A stretch of DNA of 43,890 bases from Pelomyxa schiedti. Taxonomy: Eukaryota; Protista; Evosea. Each line of letters starts with the position of its first letter. Positions within the stretch are counted from its first letter, which is position 1. The stretch is taken from assembly GCA_020536535.1 (NCBI GenBank), contig JAHLWZ010000931.1, forward strand, positions 1 through 43,890, given 5' to 3'. Below, one piece after another: positions 1 through 8,800 of this stretch. Position numbers and translations under genes: made by a program. Under the pieces are notes generated by a model. That model had not been told where the DNA came from, searched no databases, and worked only from the letters and a program-made list of their open reading frames with translations.

Positions 1-23
1 CCCCCCCCCCCCCCCCCCCCCCC
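1..23. repeat. Poly-C homopolymer at window edge
   Basis: 23 consecutive C at positions 1-23; probably an assembly break inside an intron, since a similar C-run lies at ~39058-39069. Confidence 0.8.
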
Positions 24-33
24 ATTTCTGTTA

Positions 34-1699
34 TTGCATTCTTTAAAACGACAATTAAGAAATTACTGCGAGCCTGAAGACGAGAAGGGCAGAATAGTTA
101 CCTACATTGTATCAAAAGCTGGTTACTTTGAGTGTCTGCAATTTTTCTTGGAAAAAGTAAGCTCTAAAAGTTTTAACTTATATTCATTTTGGTTTGTTTG
201 TGATATTATAAAGTTCTCAGCGGACTCAGAATGCTCCAAAGGAGCACCAATTCATGCTGCATGCAAAAAAGGCCACCTGGAATGTGTCAAATTGCTCCTC
301 ACCAAATTCCCCAATGCGGAAAAGCCTGATGCCAACGGCCAGACACCCCTTCAAATTGCTCAATCTCGTGGGTTCACAGAATGTGCTACTGCCATTGACG
401 CCTACATACACTTTTGTAGATCTGTTCCGGCAGTTACTCGCTGGGTCACGTGCACTAATTCCTCTCCATGCACACAGGTGCAGTCTATTGCCTGTGAGTG
501 TGCCTCTGTCAATAAGGATGTCATAGTACAGGGTGAGAATTACAGCTTGGAGAAAGGTGCCGAATTCAGGCGTATTGGAACGTCCACTGACACATTCCGG
601 TGTGTGGGTGCGGTGCCCTATGCCATTACTAGCTACGTTTGTGTATATCAGAATCATCTGCCTCCACTCATCCCGAAGTTCCCTAAGCTAGAACTGCCAT
701 CACTGCAGGTGGAAGTGGGTACTTCTTCTGTTGGAATTCTTTCCCTTCCACAAGCAATTTTGGTCAAGATTTTCACTCTATGTCGACGGCCCTGTCCATG
801 TGTTTTCCACTCAAAAACTGTGAATAATACACCATACCTGAGGCTAAACGTTCTCATGCATGGCTTTTCTTGCTACAATGATTTACCATTCATTCCATGG
901 AACTTGTACGAATGTGCTTACACTTTATGTACACTCGAACTTGTTTGCACAGCGTTTCATGACGTGTATGAATCCGGCCGCCGTATACTCTCACTGCCGG
1001 AGCAAGCTGCACAGAACATGTGTTTTGACTTTGGAATCACTAATCGGGAGGCAGGAAGATGCTGGAAGGAACAATTGATGTTACATGATATCGTGGGAAG
1101 GGAATTTGCCCTGCGTAGCGATCCAAAAGCCATAGAATTGGCTCGAACATGCTTTACCGGCGACGGTGAGGTTTCTTTGCAAGATGGAAAAAGGTTGTGT
1201 TTCCTCAACTGACAAACTTCCTGACAAGCTTCCATAAGAAAAGTTTCTGCTATCTGTGTTGGAGATAAGGTCCTAACAGAAGATGGCACCTATCTCGCAA
1301 TTAAAAGAGTGAACAAAGAGGAGGCATTTAAAATTTGTAATGTGGTCGTTCTGCAAGGAGTTGTTTTGACTCCTGGACATCCAGTATGTCACCCAATAAC
1401 CCTGCTGGTTATAACATTTAATTAATAATATCTGCCAGGTTCTCTCTAATGGGGAATGGACACACCCATTTGAAGTAGCACCAGTCACCCAAAAATATGT
1501 AACAATGTGGTACAACTTTGAGCTTGAAGGTGGTCCCAGTGTCACAAACCACTCTGTTGTGATAAATGGACTTGTTGTATGTACACTTGGCAAAGACTGT
1601 GGATCCAGGATCACAACTGGTTGGCCAAAACAGGACAAACTTTTTGGCAGAGGCTACTGGTCCAACAACCCAAACGCAACTCATGCACTAACTACCTAA
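34..1699 (+). CDS. Ankyrin-repeat / F-box-like / C-terminal Hint (Vint-type) domain protein, 5'-partial, spliced
   Basis: Ankyrin repeats (PIHAACKKGHLECVKLLL; GQTPLQIAQSRG) and F-box-like ILSLPQAILVKIF. Removing GT-AG introns 157-213, 1194-1238 and 1384-1438 gives a continuous Hint domain: CFTGDGEVSLQDGKRKVSAICVGDKVLT...LTPGHPV..NGEWTHP...WYNFEL...HSVVINGLVVCTLG...KLFG, with stop at 1699. Confidence 0.8.
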
Positions 1700-1940
1700 A
1701 ATCCACCAACCAAATCTTTCTCCAATCTATGTTGCACCGCCTTGTTGGTCACCCCCACTAATCTGAGGGACTGAGATCTCCAAGGCGTAAGGTTCCGTTG
1801 ATTGATGAAAAACCAAACGAAACGGCATAAACAAAGCACCACTTTTATCTCCATTTTCCGTTTTCTCGAAAAGACGATCTGCCGAAATAAAAAGAAGAAA
1901 ACTGAGAACAAAGGGAAAAAAAAAATAGAAAACAGAAATC

Positions 1941-2791
1941 ATGAAGTGCCACGCCTGTGGTAATCCCCGTTACCGTTAAAAAAAATTGCACTACTTTTTA
2001 CTGTACTCTCTGTTCTGATTTTTTCCCAGGGAAAACCGTCTTTTTTGCTGAGCTCAAGAGGGTGTGTTTGTTTCTATCTTTTGAATTGTGGTGTTTTTGT
2101 GACTCTAGGCAGGCAGAAGAACATGACTTCCACATGGCATGCTTTGGGCAATGGTGGAAGGACGAGAAGGCAAGAGAGTCAGCATCACGCAACAGAAGGT
2201 ATCCTATTCACCACAAAATTACTTCTTATCTCGGCACCATACATATCTTGTGTCTGGTAATGGTACTAATCTCCACTTAAAGCTACGCCAAGAGAGCCGA
2301 TGTTTCACCTCAGTACTACAGAGTAGCTGATGTTGATGCTGGCGAGCACTCGGCAAAAATGGTGTCAGGCCCAGAAGAGAGAGGGTAATCAACTTTCTTT
2401 GGGATTAGAAAGTGCCTTTTGTAATCATGAATTATTTCTGCAGGAACCCAGAAACACCGGATACTCCCACTTCTCCCAGCACACCTGCCAAAACTCCCAC
2501 TTCACCCACAACTACACCAGCAAGCCCCGCGGCTACACCCTCTGCCACTCACTGCCCTGGTTGTAATGCTGAAATGAATGCCACTGCCAAGGTAATATCT
2601 GTTACTGCCATCAACAAACTAACTCCCTGCAGTTCTGTCCTGAATGTGGCAAACCTACACCAAAGCCCTCTGTGTGCAAAAGCTGTGCCCAACCAATTAA
2701 ACCCGGTGCCAAGGTTGTGCTTTGTTCTTCCCAAATACCCTCACTCATGTAACCACAGTTCTGCCCTGAATGTGGAGTGTCCCAGGTCTAA
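1941..2791 (+). CDS. Small zinc-finger protein: N-terminal half-LIM finger, Pro/Thr linker, C-terminal double zinc ribbon
   Basis: Manual splicing of short GT-AG introns gives MKCHACGKTVFFAELKRAEEHDFHMACF (LIM first finger), then HCPGC...FCPECG...VCKSC...FCPECGVSQV*, with TAA at 2789-2791. Confidence 0.75.
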
Positions 2792-2867
2792 GGAAAACGC
2801 AGAAGTGAAACCAAGTTAAAAAATGGAAGAGAGAAACTAGGAAAAAAAACAATGTTTGTTTTCACTT

Positions 2868-5800
2868 TTAGGTGTCAATTGACATAAGAAGGTGAATGTT
2901 TGAGCTGGCTGTTGTTATGTTGGGAATTCTGGTAATAGTAATGTCATCACCAGAGCCGAGGCACACAAACCACACCTCGTAGTGGCTTTTGTGCGTGCAG
3001 GCAAATAGTATCTCCGGCATGGATATGGAGAACGACATTGTCTTTGGCTGTTTGCCCTTTTGTTTACTTGTCTTCACTTCGATGTAATGCATTTGGCTTT
3101 GTTCTGCTGGTTGTGTCGTGGTTGCTGTTGTTTGGGCTTCTGTTTCTGTTTCTGTTACTGTTGTGCTTGTGGCTGCAGTTGCTTCTTGTTGTTGGTGCTG
3201 TTGTGGTATTGACCTCAATGCGGTGATGTCATAAGGACAGCGGGATTCTCCGGTTTCATTAACCCATACTACATCAGAAAACTCTGGCATTGTGCTCACA
3301 ACTGAGGCAACAAGATTTTCACCCCATCGGCCAGTCCCTGGCTGGAGGCTCTTGTAAAATAAAGGCTTGACCTTAACACTTTGGCAGCCATCAGCGCTGG
3401 TTTCTGCTTCATTTGTGGTATCCACTGGGATCGAAATTTTGGACAGTGAAACTTTCGGTGCTGAGGGGAATTGTGCGGTGCCGGCTTCTGCACACACATC
3501 GGCACTGTGGCTAGCGTGTATCGTTTTCAGAGATACTTGGATGTGGGGTACTTTGGCTTTAGTGGGCTTCTCAGGTATTTCAGTTGGAGCGGGGGCGGAT
3601 GCAGATTCCACTGTGTTAGCTTGTTGTGGTGGTGAGGGTGACTCTTGTGAGTTCTCAACAACTGAGCCGGCTTGTTTCGCGGGTGTTGGTGTGAGTGGTT
3701 CTTGGCGTACGGAAGTTTGTAGACTTTCAAAGGCTCGAGGCTGAGTTTCTGTTGGAGATACACTTGGCGTGCCTACCTCTGGAAGAGAGGATAATGGTTT
3801 ATTCTCTCTTGCAACAGGCACATTTGGGGCTCTTGTCTCCAGAGAAGGTGACGGGAAATGTTCTTTCTCAGTGGATTGGGACTCAGATTTTGAAGCAATC
3901 GCACGTTGTCTATCCCTGTTTTGTGCTGCTATTGTTAGTTCAATTAAACTCTCAGGTGTGGTTCGGGCAGGGCTCGGAATGCTAGGTTTGGTAGTACTTG
4001 GTAAAGGTTTGGAAGAAACATCCACACTTGGAGGAGAAACTGGTGGGGCAGGTGGGACAACCGGGCGCTTCGAGACAGGGAAGGGTATCCATGGTTCCTC
4101 AGCATTAGTAGTGTCATGGGGTCGATGTGGGAGCTGTGAGTTGCAGTATAGATCCACAGAGATCTTTGCTTGTTCTGGAGAGAGATTGCACCAGGTATCC
4201 GAAACTCCATCAATAATTCTGACTAACTGGCGATTCTGGGTAATTGCCTCCACCAAGGAGCTCAGTTCTCTGATTATTTTAGCCGGAGTGCAGGCCTGTG
4301 ACAGGTACAGAGTTATGGGTTTGGTAACATCATCCCATTTTTTAGGAGCAGGTTCAAATAGTGCATCATGATCTTCCCTTTTTTTTGGAAGGCAGTGAAT
4401 CTGTAGTGCACTTGACGTGTCTTGAGTCGAAGGAACACTAAGAACAAATTCCGTTTGGAGTTTGTTGCACTTGATTAGTCTGAGAGTCGATAGAGCGACT
4501 CTCAGTTTACTGTTTACTTCAAGGGACGGATTTTCAATAGACCATTGAGCCACACGTGCTATACAGGCAAGAAGGAGGCGATCGCTTTCCGATGCAGGGA
4601 TTGTTTGGCTGCACAACACATTTGTGGTTAGGTAGTCGCAAGCAAATGGGATTTTTAATATTCTGTAGATATTTTGTGTATCCTTGGCACAGCCTTTAAT
4701 GAAGAGTTTAGGATACACTGTGTTTATGTCAACAAGTGCCCATTTGAGGCTTTCATGACACCCTTCAAACATTTTGTGGACTTCTTCTGAAGAGTCAACG
4801 AATAAAAACCTATCACTTGGGGCTGTCCATGTCTTGCTTATTGTTGGAATAACTGGGAGATGCCCAATTTTATTTTTAAGCTCAGATGCAAATGCAGAAC
4901 TACTGTAAGGGTTATCGTTCGTACCCTGCACTGCATCATCCTCCTCCTTTCCCTCCATTCTTTTGGCACGCAAGCGTTGCCTTGCTTCCTCGTCAGCAAA
5001 ATAGACAAAGTTACATAAAATACGGAGTGCTACTTGAACGGCATCCCCAGTTTCAGCCTGGGCACAATAAATCAAAAGTCGGATATACGACTCTAAAGAA
5101 GGCATTTCCGGTACTCCGAGTTCTAACAGCGCCTTCATCATATCGTCTTTGTCATCTTTGTATTGTTCTATCAGGGGAGTCACATGACAGTTTGAATGCA
5201 GTATTAAATCTTTTGCTCCTAGGGACAGTGTCGGGGTTGGGAGCCATAGATGTGCCGAGTCAGTCCACACGCATTCCTCGGCCTTTTTCATGATACTGCA
5301 ATCATCCTCAATGCACAATACCCAGCGTAATTTAGCCAGCTTAGTGCGCAATCTGGTGGCTGTATTCTTGTCAGCATCCCTTACTTCTCTAGCAAGCCAT
5401 TTGTACATTGGAAACAATGATGGGGGTCTTATAGTGAGGTGGCCCGTCGTGGATAAGGAAGACAACTTGTCAATAACAATGTCCGTTGTGATTGTAGCGT
5501 GTACCCCCAATTCCTCCAGGAGGTACTTATTCTCAGAAGTATGTGCGACACAGTAGGATACCAGACCACCTAGTATTGAGACAATATTTTTTTCCTTGAA
5601 AAATAGCTCTGGGGGACGCATAAAGCTGCCCTTATCAGACAAAACCCAAGGAAGAGTCTGTAGTGTTCGCTTGATGGAGGGGTTGGCTTCCCTCACTGGC
5701 CCAAGTTCTTTCCAATGAGAATGAAAGAGGTGAACTAACTTTCTACTTTTTGAAGCATCGAGCTCTTGCCTTAGGAGTTGCTCAAGCAAGCTTGGCTCTT

Positions 5801-8800
5801 TTGAAAGCGGCAAGAACAAGTGCACACCTAACCTTTCCATGAAATCTCTCCACTGCTGCCTGAAAGTGGCAGTCGTATGTTGGACGTACAGAGGGGAAAG
5901 AAAGAGGAATGTAGATGGACAAAGGCCTTCCAGAGACACTTCTTTATCAGTCAAGTAGGCCACAGGGAAAAAGACCTTATCCTCCAATGGATTGGTAAAC
6001 TCATGGTTGCCAGACCCCAGCTTAACAAGAACTTGGATGTGTCCGTGCCTCTTTATCATTGTTTCTTCCAATTTACCTGAAGTACATTGTACACAATCGC
6101 GAGTATGGTTCATGGCAAAGGTGAGAAGTATTACATGATCCTCATTACTAAGGACACTGCCCGCTAAAAGTGGAATTATGCTATTGCAAATAAACTCATG
6201 GCCTCGGGCAGGTTGTAATCCAAGTTGGGTCAAGAGACGTGCAGCACCCTGGTGCCGTAGAAGTTCTATTCTGAATGAGTGACTAAGAGCCCTAATGCTA
6301 GAAACTATTGCATTTGGAAGAGTGCCGTATCTCTCTAGCTCTGATGTATCATAAACAGCTTTAGAGAAGTTTGATACACTGCCATCTGCGAAAGGAAACA
6401 CTGACAACTTCTTGAGATCTTCAATGTGTGATGAACACTGCTTGTCTCTTTCAAAGAGCACTAAAGCAGAAATCAACCACAAGCAGTCCACATCTGTTGC
6501 CGTTGCCCAACTTTGAGAAACGTGGCCAAGTAACATGATTAAAAATGGTACATTAATGACATGGATGCCCACACTTGAGGCAATTTCCGGTTCAATCCCC
6601 ACCAGTGGATCAACAAAAGACAATCCCATAGACTTGAGAATTGGTTGAGTTTTAGCAATATCCAATCCGTGTACTGGGAGGACAGTGGATGTCGGAGAAC
6701 AAAATTCACCATTGATATCAGGTACAAACTTCAGACCACGTACATGACTGAGAATCGGGTCTACAATTGGTGTAAAAAACTCTTGTACTTGCCCTTTAAG
6801 TGGGATGAAGTGCAGAAGAAGAGATAAGAGTTGGTGACCCGTCACAATTCCTTCCATAGGATGCTTTTTATCATCATCACCAAGTTGCGACAAGGAAAAA
6901 AGATGTGTGGCATGCCTGACGAATATGGAAATAGTCTGTGCAAATGCCGAGGGAATTTGGGCTCTCAACCATTGATTCCAAGCTGAGGAGGCATCAATTG
7001 CCTCACGTGAAGATGTAACCTCCCAGTCTGCATGAATGATGAACTTTAATCCGTAGGACCTTAGAGGCAAGAACGCAAAAACTTTCTGCTGCTTTAAATC
7101 CAGGGTGGAGGACTGCACAGGGAATGCAAGCGTGATTTCTGTGTCAGACACAACTGCATGATGTGAGGGTTTTAATGAAGAAGGCCTAGCTTGAAGCCTT
7201 GGTACAATCCATAGAACCTTGTTTACATGGCTCCCAACAACTTCGGTGGTTTCAGCCAGACTTTCAGGAAGAACTTGCCTTCGCAACTCCCGAACGGAAT
7301 TGAGGCATCGGTCTTCAAGTTTGATTACACAGAGCTTATTCAAAAACAGCAAAATTGATGGGTCAATGTCTAGTTGGGAAAATATGCTAGCTTCTTTTGA
7401 ATCGGTATGGTTCAATGGAAGAATTATTCGAGTCCAGGCAGCATTCTTATCCCATCCTGGAGGAGGCTCTATTTGGGTTGGTGTGACATACCCTAAAACA
7501 CCCTTGGTTGTATCAAACATAAAATGCCACCACCGGGAGTGGATTTGCGGTTTCTGTGATACCTTGAAGACACTTTTGAACCCTATTCCTTTATGTCCTA
7601 TGCAACCCTGCCTCCCTGCCTTGGTACTTGCCCCAACACTGCATAATGCTAGTATATTGGATGCTGAAAATCCACATTCGTTGTTTTCAAAAACAATGCA
7701 AGCTTCTTCCCTTTTTATGAGAAGCATAGGAACTGCCCCCTTTGGATAATCGTTATCATCTGCGTTTTGAATCAGCTCCATAACGAAATGTACATCCTCA
7801 GAATACAGGTCAAGACAAAGACGCTCAATAGATCTAGAAGCCATACTCCTTAAACTTGCCAGGGCATCTATGTCAGCTTTGCTCAGTAGACGTGTGTCTA
7901 TTACTGTTCCGGTACACTGTAGAGCACACTGGAAAGTGGAGGAGACATCTTCTTCCAGGGTAGTAGTATTCCGTGGGTGAGTTGAGTTCATATCTTCTTC
8001 TTCCACGATATCAGTGTTTGACACAGGCTCCAGGTATGCACTAAGGGACACAATACTTTTCTCATCAGAATCACTTTCCATCTTCATTTTCACAGAGTTA
8101 TCAAGGGGAATGGGAGTAGCTATTACAGCGTCAGTGATCCAGGGTCTCAGGGGTCTTAACTGGATCCGGGAAAGGCACAACGCTTCACTCAAGTCAGAAG
8201 GTTCAATCGTCTCCCTATTACTGGAACCTGGGAACGCCTTATGGAATGCTTCCATAAATACAGGCTCTCCCAATGTTTTTTGGAGGTGGTCGGGAAGAGT
8301 GGCGATTGTTTTTATTACCCATTTCAGACAATCAGACGTGTCCCTTTCCTTGAATGATGATTCCACAATTTCGCGAGTCAGGTCAAATGCTACTTGGCCA
8401 TCACTCTCAACACACATGCAAAATAAACTTATGGCAGATGCTATGTGTGCGTGTTGATTCACAGCTTCTTCAAATACTCTCAAATTTGCTAGCTTAGGAG
8501 ACCACCTCATAAAGTGGCCAGCCTTGTATTGGAGAACTTTGAAACATTCTTGCAGTCGGCTGGGTATTTGTCTCAGAACACTCGACAAAGGCCCAAGTGA
8601 TGTTTCAAAAGAGCACTCCCAGTGGGCCCACTGACTCAAGTCCACCATCATTGGTGCCAAGACCAATATGTCCCAAACTTGTTCTTCAGAGATGAAATGA
8701 TCCCTTTCAAGTACATCATCAGCCATAGTTTCCACTCCCATGCCTTTCATCTGTTGAGATTGTAGGAAGATTACTACTGGTGTGAGTTGCTTGAAATGTT

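Noticed and set aside
1-23. Poly-C as a telomere end
   Set aside because: It is a pure homopolymer abutting the middle of a gene; a similar C-run occurs internally at ~39058.
2199-2282. GTATCCTA donor as a U12-type intron
   Set aside because: It mismatches GTATCCTT and has a U2-like TACTAAT branch point rather than TCCTTAAC.
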